Below, one piece after another: positions 19,817-31,700 of a stretch of DNA of 64,000 nt. The position numbers were made by a program, and so were the translations under genes. Source of the stretch: a virus (lineage: Duplodnaviria; Caudoviricetes); the IMG/VR virus record IMGVR_UViG_3300023108_000002; one strand, written 5' to 3'. The notes beneath the pieces are model-generated. The model did no database searches. It had not been told where the DNA came from and was given only the letters and a program-made list of their open reading frames with translations. Numbering within the stretch: the stretch's first letter is position 1; every line of letters starts with the position of its first letter.

Positions 19817-22800
19817 ATGCCTATCGCCAGCGGATTCAGTATTCAAAGAAATGACATTATTGATGTCGCACATCGGACGCAGAAAGAAATGCACACAGCA
19901 AATTCTGCGACCGATACCTATATTTTAAGATCAAAACCAGATTTCACTGATAAAGAGTGGGAATGGGATATCAGAATGGGTGAAGTCAGATTGTATCTGG
20001 ATAGAAGAAAAGGAAATAATGTTCTTGCTATTCCAACAATGGCATCAGAAATAACAGAATGGCGCGGAAAAAATTATACGGAAGGTTCTTTAGTTGCTGG
20101 AGAAGGTGGTGTAATTTACGATAGTAGTGTTGGTGAATTTGGAGCATTAATATTTAGCGATCTTTCTAAACCAACTTCTGGCGAAATTGTTGAAATTCAA
20201 TATAGTGAGGCACTAGAAAAATTTACTGGCAATGACGGCGGCCTTCTTTTCCAACTGGCACATGACCTTTGTGTTCATCCATATAATACTCCAGAAACTT
20301 TTAGGGCAAAATTTAGTAATGCAGAGACATTAAAAATTAATCCGGCCGGAGATGCGCTTGATCCAACCACTAATGGCATCAACCCAAGCCAAACAATTAC
20401 TGGAACTCTTCTTAGCCAAAACGGCGACAACCTATCGGTGTTCAGAAACGATTTATCTGTAAGATATAATCATGATTATTTAGAAGATGGAACGAAGGCT
20501 GAACAAAGAGAAGGGTATCAGTTGTGGAAGGTTGTTACAGAACATAGAGAATCGGCCACTGTAGACCTTAGTGCTGGCGCTAACGCAACAACTCCTATAA
20601 CTTTGATGGACGATTTTCCTTTAATTGAAGGAGATCTTGGTTCTGGTGAATTTAGAGTTGCAATTAATGGAAGAGTTATTCCAAGAGATCACTATACAAT
20701 TAGTAGTGAGGTTGCTGATAGAAAATCTACATTCAAACTGATAAGAGATACAACTTTATATCCACTAACTTGGGTCGCAGATTTAGTTTCATCGAATATT
20801 GTAATCACCTATCATTGGGCAAAATCGCTAGATGTTCCATATGGGGCATTAGTTGGTTATAAAGGAATGGGCCCAGATCAGGCAAATTTAACACAAACTA
20901 ATGCAACTGTAAATCCAGCAGATGGTTCTTTTCCTAGACAGGGCGCAGATAAAGAGTATTGGGTATATAGTACTCCAATTTTAGCATCCCCTGCTACAAC
21001 AGGAATTAACGGATTTGTTGGTTGGGTTTATGATACTGGTACAAACGCAGCAAATGTTGTAACAGATCAAAGTACGGTAGGTACACCTATTACTACAGAT
21101 GGAATGAGCGAAAGAAGAAAAAATCTTGCTACCGTTTCTGATGGAGATGTATTCTACTTATCTTTCGTTCAAAATGACGATTTTGCAAACCCATTTGAAT
21201 TGGTTTATCCAAAACCAGTAAGTTCTGAATCAGCTGATGTTAAAGCAGCGCTGAGAAGAATTACTAATAAATTTCTTGTTGAGTCAGATAAGGGTGTTGA
21301 TTTATTGTCAGCATCAGATATGTCTTTCCTTAATAGTTATTCTCCTGTTACTGCAAGAAAATCACAGAGATGGAGAATTAGATTTGAATGGAATGAATCT
21401 GACTTTGCATTAAAAGTAAATGTTGCAACACACCATCAATTAAAAGATGATATGACCATTACTCAGCCTCAAGGTAGAGATGGAATTAAGTCTCCAGTCT
21501 ATAGAGAGCCTGGAGAACTTTGTGATGTTTATAAAGAACCTGTTATTGGAAAGGGTGCAAGCGTTCAAATTACAACAGCAAAACAACAGTGGTTCAAAAG
21601 AAATAAAATTGTTGATGAATTGTCCTTAACATATCCAATGTCATATCGTTTGACATGTACAAATCATGGGTTAGGATTATTTTTGTTCGATCAAGCCTCA
21701 GTAGATCAAGATGATGATTACGCATGGTTTGTTGTACAAAGACATGTGGATCAAACAACAGGACAGCCAGAATATACTGACAAGTCTCCCGTACATTGTG
21801 TATATTCTCCATTCAAACCAACTGCTGATATATCTACCATTAATAGATATTATGCTGTAGATGATTTGGATGATTTATCTCAACCACCGCCAATTGCGAA
21901 TGCATTGGGAGATATTTTTAAATCCGAATCTCCAACGATTTTCATAGACAAAGATAATTCTATTTTTAATGGATATGTAAATGCTGTAGATTTTAATAGT
22001 TTTGGATACACCACTGGCGTATCTGCTGGTATTTCCACTGGTGGAAATATAGTTACCACAGATTTCAAGGCCGATTTGTTTAGAGGAATTACAGGCACTT
22101 CTGGAATTCCTTCGACATCTCTCTGGTCAGCAACAACATATTCGTTTCAAATAGATGCTAATACAGCTGATCTTTCAACATTGGAAGATTCCGGCGCATT
22201 AATGGCTGGACGATATATTCAATTTGATGCTAATGATGCCTCATTTGCCTCAGCACCAAATCCAGCTGATGCCGTTGGCGGGCGTATTATATCATATAAC
22301 AAAAGCACTAAGGAATTGGTAATTTCTATGTCAGCAGACAAGAAAGCAGTTGCAGATGCTCTTGCGGGACAGGTGCCGGTTACTGCACACTTAGGAACAA
22401 GTGCGACTGGTGATGTGATAGGAATTAACGATTTTGCACAATCATCTCTTGCACAAGATTATGGGATTTTACATACTTTACCATATACAGGTGCGGACCA
22501 AGTTCTATTGACAACTCATAGTAGTGATTCAAATGCATTGTGTGTGAAGAATGAACTTGGAAATGTAAATGATTTGAATGTTGTTGGATTTAACTCCCTT
22601 CCAAGAAGAAGAGAAACGGCAGTTACAATGGGTGCGTCAAAATCTCCAGTTCCACTTATAAGAGATTCTTTAGCAAATCCAGTTTCTATGATTACTGCTA
22701 CTTCTAATGGTAATAATTTTACAGCAAATCATCCAGCAGCTGCTCTGTGGGTAAATACATTAGATATGGCTCCTTCTGCTTCTGGTAATGTAGTTTTCCC

Positions 22801-24082
22801 AGCACAACTATTAGATAGAATGTCTACTTTTAGGACAGCATCATCAAGCGGAACAGGAGTTCCACCTGTTCCAGAAAATATTAGTCTTTCAGATTATAAA
22901 GAAGGGGATTCTGCTGTTTTAGACATATTATATAACGCTCAACCAACAAACGCATCAAAAGTTTTTGAATCTATTGTTGTAGCAATTGATGATGTTGAAG
23001 TTGTAAGAGACCCAGATGCATATGTTCTTACATATGATGAATGGGTAGCACACGGCGATCCATCTACCGCTGGAAAATTTTTAGAAATGCTTGAAGCGGC
23101 CGGTGCGGATAATATTGGACCAAACTTCAAACTTCCAGCAGTTAACACAACTGTTTCTAATCTATTGGGAGAGACAGTAGATGGAACAATAGATGGTTCT
23201 GTTGTTAATAGAGTAACAAATCGTAGAATGTTTTTAGACAAAACTGGAGATTCTTTTGTAATCGCTTCTGGAAATTTAGTTGTCTCTACAAACGATACAA
23301 AATTGAGTAGTTTATTGCCAGGTGATATTGTTTGGAAAGAAAACTCAACCACAGATGCTTCTAGAAATACATATATGTATGATTTCTGGAACAAAACTTT
23401 AGTATTCAAATATGCTCCTAGAGCAAGTGCAAACTTTAGTATTTCTATGGTAAATTATACATCTTCTAATCCATCTCAAAATAGATATATTATTGATGTT
23501 CCAGAAGATAGAAATTTCCCAGAAACAAATATGAATAAAATTAAAACAATTAATAGATTTGTTGTTAGAGAACAGGACGTATTAAAACCTTGGGATTATC
23601 ATGTTTCTGCTACAATGCACGAAATTGACTCTCATGCGATCATCAATCCTCAAGAACAATTGTCCATAACACAGGATAGAAATTTTGTGTTCTCGTTCCC
23701 AACACAAATTACATCACAGAGGTTTTATTACCCACAAAGTGAACTTGATATTATTTGTGTATCTTCTGCTGATTTCTCTACTCAAGCTGGTCATGTAGAA
23801 ATAAATAAGTATGGAGATTCAGATGGGTTGAATGGAGTATTTTCTGGAAATGATTTTGTTCCAGCGGGCCTCGATGGTGACGAAGGCACAAGATATGCTG
23901 GGCATGTTGGACCAGATGGAGAAAAATATATCTGGAGAAAGTCTGCAAGAAAATATGAAGGAATGGTTTCTACACTTCCAAATGGAAATGGTATGCGAAT
24001 TTTCATGCAAGTAACGGGATCTAGTATTAGATACAGTGATGTGTCGCCAGGAAAAGATCCGGGCTCCGTCTTAGGAACATAA
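19817..24082 (+). CDS. Unassigned virion structural protein, paralogue P2 (1421 aa)
   Basis: Same conserved core blocks as P1, P3 and P4; own late promoter and strong RBS. Confidence 0.8.
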   Translation: MPIASGFSIQRNDIIDVAHRTQKEMHTANSATDTYILRSKPDFTDKEWEWDIRMGEVRLYLDRRKGNNVLAIPTMASEITEWRGKNYTEGSLVAGEGGVIYDSSVGEFGALIFSDLSKPTSGEIVEIQYSEALEKFTGNDGGLLFQLAHDLCVHPYNTPETFRAKFSNAETLKINPAGDALDPTTNGINPSQTITGTLLSQNGDNLSVFRNDLSVRYNHDYLEDGTKAEQREGYQLWKVVTEHRESATVDLSAGANATTPITLMDDFPLIEGDLGSGEFRVAINGRVIPRDHYTISSEVADRKSTFKLIRDTTLYPLTWVADLVSSNIVITYHWAKSLDVPYGALVGYKGMGPDQANLTQTNATVNPADGSFPRQGADKEYWVYSTPILASPATTGINGFVGWVYDTGTNAANVVTDQSTVGTPITTDGMSERRKNLATVSDGDVFYLSFVQNDDFANPFELVYPKPVSSESADVKAALRRITNKFLVESDKGVDLLSASDMSFLNSYSPVTARKSQRWRIRFEWNESDFALKVNVATHHQLKDDMTITQPQGRDGIKSPVYREPGELCDVYKEPVIGKGASVQITTAKQQWFKRNKIVDELSLTYPMSYRLTCTNHGLGLFLFDQASVDQDDDYAWFVVQRHVDQTTGQPEYTDKSPVHCVYSPFKPTADISTINRYYAVDDLDDLSQPPPIANALGDIFKSESPTIFIDKDNSIFNGYVNAVDFNSFGYTTGVSAGISTGGNIVTTDFKADLFRGITGTSGIPSTSLWSATTYSFQIDANTADLSTLEDSGALMAGRYIQFDANDASFASAPNPADAVGGRIISYNKSTKELVISMSADKKAVADALAGQVPVTAHLGTSATGDVIGINDFAQSSLAQDYGILHTLPYTGADQVLLTTHSSDSNALCVKNELGNVNDLNVVGFNSLPRRRETAVTMGASKSPVPLIRDSLANPVSMITATSNGNNFTANHPAAALWVNTLDMAPSASGNVVFPAQLLDRMSTFRTASSSGTGVPPVPENISLSDYKEGDSAVLDILYNAQPTNASKVFESIVVAIDDVEVVRDPDAYVLTYDEWVAHGDPSTAGKFLEMLEAAGADNIGPNFKLPAVNTTVSNLLGETVDGTIDGSVVNRVTNRRMFLDKTGDSFVIASGNLVVSTNDTKLSSLLPGDIVWKENSTTDASRNTYMYDFWNKTLVFKYAPRASANFSISMVNYTSSNPSQNRYIIDVPEDRNFPETNMNKIKTINRFVVREQDVLKPWDYHVSATMHEIDSHAIINPQEQLSITQDRNFVFSFPTQITSQRFYYPQSELDIICVSSADFSTQAGHVEINKYGDSDGLNGVFSGNDFVPAGLDGDEGTRYAGHVGPDGEKYIWRKSARKYEGMVSTLPNGNGMRIFMQVTGSSIRYSDVSPGKDPGSVLGT

Positions 24083-24100
24083 ACATAGGAAAAGTTTTTT

Positions 24101-24108
24101 TATAAATA
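24101..24108 (+). promoter_or_regulatory. T4-type late promoter TATAAATA upstream of P3
   Basis: Exact motif in the same context as the P2 promoter (TTTTTTTATAAATATAAAGAAAA); AAGGAG RBS follows. Confidence 0.85.
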
Positions 24109-24139
24109 TAAAGAAAAGCAACTTTAAAGGAGAACATAA

Positions 24140-27100
24140 ATGGCTACCTCACTAGCAACCGAATTTTTGTCAGGTGGTTTTTCTATCCAAAGAAACGAAA
24201 TGGTGTCTATGCAGCAACAGAAACACCGCCAAAAGTTTCAGTTTTTGAATAGTTTTAACCAAACATATACAAGACTCGATAGACCAGCACAAGGAGAATT
24301 TGATAGAATTCGTCCTTATTCACTATCATCTGAAAAAAGACAATTTATTGGTGGGACTGTTACTACAGTAACTACTCCATTAACACAAACATATAGAAAT
24401 GGAAATCAAAAAGCACAACTAGGAGGTATCACTTTAAACTCACAGGGTGGTATTGTAACTCTCAATGTTCTTTCTGGTGGATATGGTTATGCTCCTAGTA
24501 CAACATTTAATGTGATCTTTAGAGGTGGCCAACCAGATGTTGGAACTTTCGAGCAATGTTACGCTACAGCACAATCAGACGGTGAGGGTAGAATTGTTTC
24601 TGTAGATATTCAAGTCACTGGATTGAACTATGATGAAACAACTGGTGCCGAAATTACAGCAGAAATAGATGAGTCTCCTACTATTGGACAGTTCTATGTT
24701 TCTTTCTTTGATGGGGTTGGTGCTATTACTGGAGTTGATATTGAAAGTGGAAACACAGGACATCGCCCTGGCGTTTATTTTGTAGAAGCTGGCACGGTTG
24801 CTGTTGGTGTCGGTGAGGATGGTGTAACTCCAAACGCTTCAGCAGGTTCTGGTGGTACTTTCCAAGTGCATGTTGATAATAGCGGCGCTGTTATTAAAGT
24901 AGTTCCTCTTACTTTTGGACAAGATTATCTTGTCGGAAATGAAATTACTATTCCAGCAACACGACTTGGTAATAATGGAACTCAGTTAACACCAGTTACC
25001 GATCTTGTTATTAGTGTCAGTTCTGTTGTTGACGCCGATCAGTTTGCCCTTGATTATGGAACAGTCACTTGGAGAAGTGAAACCTTTCAAGTTGGCGATA
25101 CTGTTGTTTTAGAATATTTTATCGATACTTCTAGAGATACAAGAGCTGTTGATGGTGTTCTTAGAACACTTGCTACTGATTTGTGTCTACATCCATATGG
25201 AAACTATTATAGTTCTGCATTTTCAACTGTCCAACAAAGAAATGCTGTTTTGACTTGGGATGCTGCTCCGACTTATGGTGTTACTACATTTACTGCCACT
25301 TTAACAGATGCTGTTTCTGGATTTGCTTTAACAGCAGATACAGGATTTCAACCAGGCGATGTTGGTAAAAGAATTATTGAACCAAATAAAACTGGCGCTG
25401 CAAAAATTATATCTGTAGATGCCGCTGGTGTTGCTACAGTAACTATGGATAATGTTTTGGAACCAGATACAAGAGAAGTAAATGCATTTGAAAGTTCCAC
25501 AAAAACCACATATTCGGTAGGAGAATGGAGACTTGCGATTGCAACATCTGAATTTGAATCGCAACCATATAATATCATTTATCCATATCTCAATTCAGAT
25601 GCAACTTCTCCAATTCCAATCGCAGTTGATGGTCAACAAAACCATAGAGATGTTAAAACATGTATCAATAGAATTGGTGATATGTTTATTGTAGAATCTG
25701 AAAAGGCAACAGACCTTCTTTCTTCGAAAGCAGATATTAACTCTGCTACTTCAGCTATACCATCTTCGGTTTCTTTGACACAACCAGTAAAAGATGCTAG
25801 AAAACCACAAAAATGGAGAATGAGATTCTTCTATGACCAAAGAGATGAATATCTTTATGTAAATATAGCAACTTCTCTTCAAATTAAGGACAATGGAGAT
25901 TTGACAAAAGGTCAAGGACGTGATGGTATTAAACAGGCAGTATTTAGACAGCCAGGAGAATTAAGTGAAATTTATTACAATTTCTCCAATGATACTAACA
26001 AAGCAAAATCTGGTTGGTTCCGTAGACAAGGTAAAACAACAGACGATATTGAAAGCGGATATCCACTTGCATATCGTTTAACTTGTACTGACCATGGCAC
26101 AGGACTGTTCTTGTTTGACCAAGCATCAGTAGATCAAGATGATGACTACGCATGGTTTGTTGTACAAAGACATGTTAACAATGTTTCTGGAAGAATCGAA
26201 TTTGAAGATGGAAAATCTCCAGTACATTGTTTATATTCACCATCTACAAGGCCAGAAGAAACATCAAACTATAATGTAGGTTTCTTTGCAGAAGTTGATG
26301 AAGATTTGGATGTTATCAGTGGACAAACTACAATAACATCAAAATCTCTTGAAGAACTTCAAATCTATGATGTGAATGGTAGATTGCTTAAACCAGGCCT
26401 ACCAGTAGATGTATCTATTGTTACAGATTCTAGTCCTGTGGAATTTAGAACTACTCCATATTCGGGCGGACCTAAATATCTCGCTCCAACTCTTGCTGCT
26501 GGCGGTGTTGCCGGTGTTGGTCCGTATGATGGAATTTCATTTGTCGATACCGCGACACTAGGAACAGATTCCACAACTGGATATACAATTATTAATGACC
26601 AAGTGCTTATGCCAGCAATTACTGGTGGTGCGACTGGAACATATGAAGATCTAGCTATTTCAAAAAGTGCTGGATTTACAGGAGCAACTATTACTGATAG
26701 AACTCAATTTTCTCTGAATTTTGCTAAGGGATATGGAACAACTTTTGTTCCTGTGGGACAATTTATCACTGCACTAGAACAAACGAATAGATTTACAGCT
26801 AATGTGGATGAAGATATTGCAAAAACCGCAGCAGACATAGGAGACTCCAGAACCGTTGTTGCAAAGGCTGGATTTACTATTGGTGGTTTGGATAACTTTA
26901 ACGCAGCAAGAAATCAGATGACGGGCCCTGCTAGACTCGGATTGACGCCATCTAGAATTAGACATAGAAGTAGATCTGGTGTTGATACATACTTAGAGGT
27001 TTCCGATTTCCAATTCCTTGATAAAACTGAAATTGCACCAAGGGTAAATCCAAACGGCAAGGCAAGAGAACTTCCAGTCGTTTCATCTGTAGCAATATTT

Positions 27101-28642
27101 AAACCTCTTTCTGGATTTGCAAAAAATCTAGTAAACCAACAAAGAGTGAGAATAATTCACGTTACTCCTGTAACAGCTACATATTCTGCTGGTTCAAATA
27201 TTCCAGTAATAGCACTACAGGCCGCTGGATCAATTACTGGACCGGTAACTGGATTGACAGATGATGTAAATGCAGAAATTGTTCCAATCCCTTACGCACA
27301 ATTGGGCGGAAGCACAGCAGGATTTATTACAGACTATTCTGGTTTATCAGAAGCAACTCCAACCAATAATGGATTTATTACTGGTGGCAGCGGTTTTACT
27401 GACATGTTTATTACTGCTCCAGGCTCTGGAACTTTAGATATGGCTGTGGGTGATATGATTACAACTAAACAAGAAGCTGTCAAAGTTGATGCTACATATC
27501 TTGGAGCGCCAGGAGCGCCAATTGAGGGTTATAGAGTTGATGCTATTGTTGATACTTTCTCAGAAGGTGATGGTTTCATTTATGAATATGCATGGGAAGG
27601 TGCTGGATTTGGTAACACATATACAAACTTCTATGGAAGATCTGGTACTTCATCCAACCCACTATTTGAAGTAAATAGATTGAAAATATTTGTTGATGGT
27701 GCAGAAGCAGATGCTGCTGTTTTCGGACAAAACTATACTATCAACTCAGCGGGAGAAGTAGAGTTTGGTACAACTAATAAGAGTTTGGAATACTTTGGTG
27801 TTGAGAAACCAATGTATGCGTATAACTTGACAAACGACACATGGACTTTCAATGAAGTAATTGAAAATGGAACAGTTGTAAAACTTTCTTATGAAAACTA
27901 TAATGATATCGAAGAAAGAGATACAGGTAAATCAACATACTTGATTAAAGTTCCAGAGGATAGAGATATTCCAAGCATTTGGAATGATATTCACAGAGTT
28001 GCCAAAGGTATCTACAGATTCTGTGTCAGAGAAGCCGATGTGTTCAAACCTTGGGATTATCATGTATCTGCTGTAATTCCACAAGTAGATAGCCCTGCAT
28101 GTATTAACCCTGTAGAACAGTTGTCAATTACACAAGACAAGACAGTTATCTTTAACTTCCCAACACCTCTTGCATCACAAAGATTTATCTATAGTGATGC
28201 TGAAATGGACTTGATTTGTGTCGCAGGCGCAGACAGTTCAACTCAAGGTGGTATTATCAAAACTGCTTCTACAAAGTATGACTTGGATGCTGCACAAATC
28301 TCTGCGGTTACTGATGGACATACTCCAGGCACTGAAAATATATCAAGCAATGGAGATAAAATGAATTTCCGTCAACCATATGATTGGCACAACACTCACC
28401 AAGGAGTTCACTCAGCTACATTGGCTACAAATGGTGGAGTTGCATCTTTTAGAGATGGAGCTGTGGCTGTTGATACCATTTCGAACTCAACACACAGAAC
28501 ATATGTTGGTATGATGAGTACAAAACCTTTTGGTAACGGCATGAGAATCTTTATCTTAACAAGAGGTGGGCCAGTTAGACCACAATATAGTGACTATACT
28601 CCAAGAGATATTAGAGCAGAAAACGAAAATACATTTACATAA
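24140..28642 (+). CDS. Unassigned virion structural protein, paralogue P3 (1500 aa)
   Basis: Same conserved core blocks; closest to P2 (GFSIQRN, DLC.HPY, LFLFDQASVDQDDDYAWFVVQRHV identical). Confidence 0.8.
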   Translation: MATSLATEFLSGGFSIQRNEMVSMQQQKHRQKFQFLNSFNQTYTRLDRPAQGEFDRIRPYSLSSEKRQFIGGTVTTVTTPLTQTYRNGNQKAQLGGITLNSQGGIVTLNVLSGGYGYAPSTTFNVIFRGGQPDVGTFEQCYATAQSDGEGRIVSVDIQVTGLNYDETTGAEITAEIDESPTIGQFYVSFFDGVGAITGVDIESGNTGHRPGVYFVEAGTVAVGVGEDGVTPNASAGSGGTFQVHVDNSGAVIKVVPLTFGQDYLVGNEITIPATRLGNNGTQLTPVTDLVISVSSVVDADQFALDYGTVTWRSETFQVGDTVVLEYFIDTSRDTRAVDGVLRTLATDLCLHPYGNYYSSAFSTVQQRNAVLTWDAAPTYGVTTFTATLTDAVSGFALTADTGFQPGDVGKRIIEPNKTGAAKIISVDAAGVATVTMDNVLEPDTREVNAFESSTKTTYSVGEWRLAIATSEFESQPYNIIYPYLNSDATSPIPIAVDGQQNHRDVKTCINRIGDMFIVESEKATDLLSSKADINSATSAIPSSVSLTQPVKDARKPQKWRMRFFYDQRDEYLYVNIATSLQIKDNGDLTKGQGRDGIKQAVFRQPGELSEIYYNFSNDTNKAKSGWFRRQGKTTDDIESGYPLAYRLTCTDHGTGLFLFDQASVDQDDDYAWFVVQRHVNNVSGRIEFEDGKSPVHCLYSPSTRPEETSNYNVGFFAEVDEDLDVISGQTTITSKSLEELQIYDVNGRLLKPGLPVDVSIVTDSSPVEFRTTPYSGGPKYLAPTLAAGGVAGVGPYDGISFVDTATLGTDSTTGYTIINDQVLMPAITGGATGTYEDLAISKSAGFTGATITDRTQFSLNFAKGYGTTFVPVGQFITALEQTNRFTANVDEDIAKTAADIGDSRTVVAKAGFTIGGLDNFNAARNQMTGPARLGLTPSRIRHRSRSGVDTYLEVSDFQFLDKTEIAPRVNPNGKARELPVVSSVAIFKPLSGFAKNLVNQQRVRIIHVTPVTATYSAGSNIPVIALQAAGSITGPVTGLTDDVNAEIVPIPYAQLGGSTAGFITDYSGLSEATPTNNGFITGGSGFTDMFITAPGSGTLDMAVGDMITTKQEAVKVDATYLGAPGAPIEGYRVDAIVDTFSEGDGFIYEYAWEGAGFGNTYTNFYGRSGTSSNPLFEVNRLKIFVDGAEADAAVFGQNYTINSAGEVEFGTTNKSLEYFGVEKPMYAYNLTNDTWTFNEVIENGTVVKLSYENYNDIEERDTGKSTYLIKVPEDRDIPSIWNDIHRVAKGIYRFCVREADVFKPWDYHVSAVIPQVDSPACINPVEQLSITQDKTVIFNFPTPLASQRFIYSDAEMDLICVAGADSSTQGGIIKTASTKYDLDAAQISAVTDGHTPGTENISSNGDKMNFRQPYDWHNTHQGVHSATLATNGGVASFRDGAVAVDTISNSTHRTYVGMMSTKPFGNGMRIFILTRGGPVRPQYSDYTPRDIRAENENTFT

Positions 28643-28663
28643 TATAAAAGTATCATAGTTTTA

Positions 28664-28671
28664 GATAAATA
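28664..28671 (+). promoter_or_regulatory. Probable late promoter variant GATAAATA overlapping the terminator
   Basis: NATAAATA box in the intergenic gap about 40 nt upstream of the ATG at 28713. Confidence 0.55.
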
Positions 28672-28699
28672 AGGGGAGGCACTTAGCTTCCCCTTTTTT
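28671..28699 (+). terminator. Rho-independent terminator after P3
   Basis: AAGGGGAGG-CACTTAG-CTTCCCCTT stem-loop followed by TTTT. Confidence 0.85.
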
Positions 28700-28712
28700 G
28701 TTGCAGAGAAAA

Positions 28713-31700
28713 ATGTCAGTCGTAAATATATTTTTATTTAGAGATATAGTAAAAGTTAAGATTGGAATAGGTTCGCCTTCCAATCCTGGCACTCCTACGG
28801 ATGGTCAAGAGATCTCCGAGGGAAACATAACATATGTTTACAATGCGTCTACAACAAATTGGGATATTACAACAAAAACAAATCAAGTTTTTGTGTCAGG
28901 ATTATCTTCTGCTATAACTATAAATTTTTCAGCCGGTGATATTATAAAAAATGGTAATAGTGTCGGAACATCTACCACAGTAGATAATGGAGATACCGTT
29001 AGGCTTTCAGTTACAAGTCCTGTATTAAATACGGTGAACAATTATACGTTCACTGCTGATTCTACAACATTAGAATTTAATGTGGAATTAAATGATCCAG
29101 TAACCGCAAATTATGATGTAGAAAAAGCCGAAACAATTTCTAATAACGACGACTTAGAAAAAGAAGATGAAAATGTAAATTTAATTTCTGGTGCAACAGA
29201 AAATTTATTTCAGAATATTGCAAAACAGACTCAAACAACAGAGCGTGATGCTCTAATAGTAAAAGATACTATTGAAAAATATGTACAAGAAAGAGTTGGT
29301 AGTAATTTACTTGAGCCAGATTTTGCAGATATTGATATTATTACTGAAATTGCAAAGTTAGAAGGAATCAATCTTGAATTTATTGCTGACATAGAAACTA
29401 TTACTCTAAGAGATTTTATTTTAGCATATCTTCAAGATACAGAACTGAAAACTTTAGAATATACTCCTACAGAAGAAACAGTAGAAGAAAAATCTCAAGA
29501 ATCTATTGAAGAGGAAGAAACTTTACAAACTTCTGAAACCGAAAAATCAGAAGTTTTAGAAACAATTTCTACTACAGATGCTTCTTTGTTGGAAACATCT
29601 GATAGCGATTCTTTATTAGAAACTAATCTAATTGAAGATTCAGAAACCATTACTTCTTTAGAAACTGCAAGTGCGGAGATTACAGAGATTATATCTGCAA
29701 AAGATGCGGAGATTAATAATGTTACAGACACTATTGAGACAACACAGACATCTACATTTGAAGATATTGAAGAGATCTCTTCTCAGGAGACTTCTACATT
29801 AGAAGAAACGGAAACAATAACAACTTCTGAAACAGACAAGGCAGAAGAGACAGAGTTTGTTTCATTCACAGAAACTTCTACTTTAGAGGAAACTGAATCT
29901 ACTTCATTCACAGAAACTTCTACTCTAGAAGAAACCGAATCTACTTCAATCACAGAAACTTCTACTCTAGAAGAAACCGAATCTACTTCAATCACAGAAA
30001 CTTCTACTTTAGAAGAAGTAGAGGATGTTTCATTTACTAATATTGAAGCTGATGAAGTTCTTGAGCAGGCCAATTTACTAGAACAAATTAAAAACGAGCT
30101 TCAAGAACTCACAGAAACGAAACAATCTGAAATACTAAGTGAACTAGAAAATATTTTTCTGAATAATTTAGAAAATTTTTCTGAACAGATTACGGTAGAT
30201 TTTATATCTCAAAATTTAGCAGATATTTTAGAGAAAGAAAATTTATCAGTACCAGAATTCAATAGTTTTGAAGAATTACAACAGTTTCTTCAAAATGAAT
30301 TAGATTCTACTACCGAGATCACTTCTCTGCGTCAACTGAATTTAGGAGAAATTGATGAAATAATTTCCGTTTCTCTTCAGGAAACATTTACGGATAGCGT
30401 AGTCGATTCTTTATTGGACACGCCTATCAATGAAATAATAGATTCTGTTGAATTTGCAGATCCAAACATACTGAATGAAATTGAGACTTTTATAGAAACT
30501 AATTTCCCTCAAGCTTCTATAGAAGAAACCACAACATTTATAGAACCAAGAGAAAGTTCAAACGAAGCTGAAACAGTAGAAGCACAAGAAAAAATTACTG
30601 GTGCGACAGAACTTGTTTCTGGGGTTGATGACACTGATGATTCTTCAGTAAGTTCTGCTGTAAGCACAGATACTTCAGTAGAAGATTCTTCTTTAGAAAA
30701 TGCAGCAAATCCTGATCAAACCGAGGATTTTATTCCAGTATCGGGAGTTTCAGAAACGACAATTCCAGAAACTGAAACATCAGAATCTGAAGATTCTTAT
30801 GAATTCGAAAAATTTAGTGATGAAGAAATCAATGAAGTAAAAGAGATAGAAACTACATCAACAGATGAAATTAATGATACAAGAGAATTAGAATCTTCAA
30901 CACCAGACGAAAGTGAAAATTTAAGAGAATTGGATTTTGGTTCCGATTCGGATGTTGTTGAAACACAAGAAAAAATTACTGGTGCGGTAGAACTTGTTTC
31001 TGGTTCTGATGATACTGAAGATTCATCACAACCAACTGCTGTATCTACTGAAGGCACTGAAGATTCATCACAACCAACTGCTGTATCTACTGAAGGCACT
31101 GAAGATTCATCACAACCAACTGCTGTATCTACTGAAGGCACTGAAGATTTTATTCAGCCACCGTCTATTGGATCTGAAGAAACTGAAGAGGAATCACAAA
31201 AAACTGATATATCAACATCAGAGACTATTGATAGTGGTTTGATTTCTGTTGTTGGTTCTGATGGCATTGTTGAAGATTCTCAAAAAACGATAAACAATTC
31301 TGATGATGCTGTAGATACAGTACAAACTTCAGTAATTGCATCTGAAGACGAAGAAGAAGATTCTCAACAAATAACTGTCAACTCTAATGATGCTGTAGAT
31401 ACATCACAAATAATAGTTGTTGCATCTGAAGATGAAGAAGAAGATTCTCAACAAATAACTGTCAACTCTAATGATGCTGTAGATACAGTACAAACTTCAG
31501 TAATTGCATCTGAAGATGAAGAAGAAGATTCTCAACAAATAACTGTCAACTCTAATGATGCTGTAGATACAGTACAAACTTCAGTAATTGCATCTGAAGA
31601 TGAGGAAGAAGCGGCGCAGATAACAACCATATCTTCTAACTCTATAGACATTTCAGAGATAGAATCTATTATTCCGGCCGAAGATGTTTCAGATATTTCT

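Noticed and set aside
28698-28712. TTG start given by the ORF track for the acidic giant
   Set aside because: It lies in the terminator U-tract with no RBS; the ATG at 28713 has a GAGA element like other genes here. The true start remains unproven.
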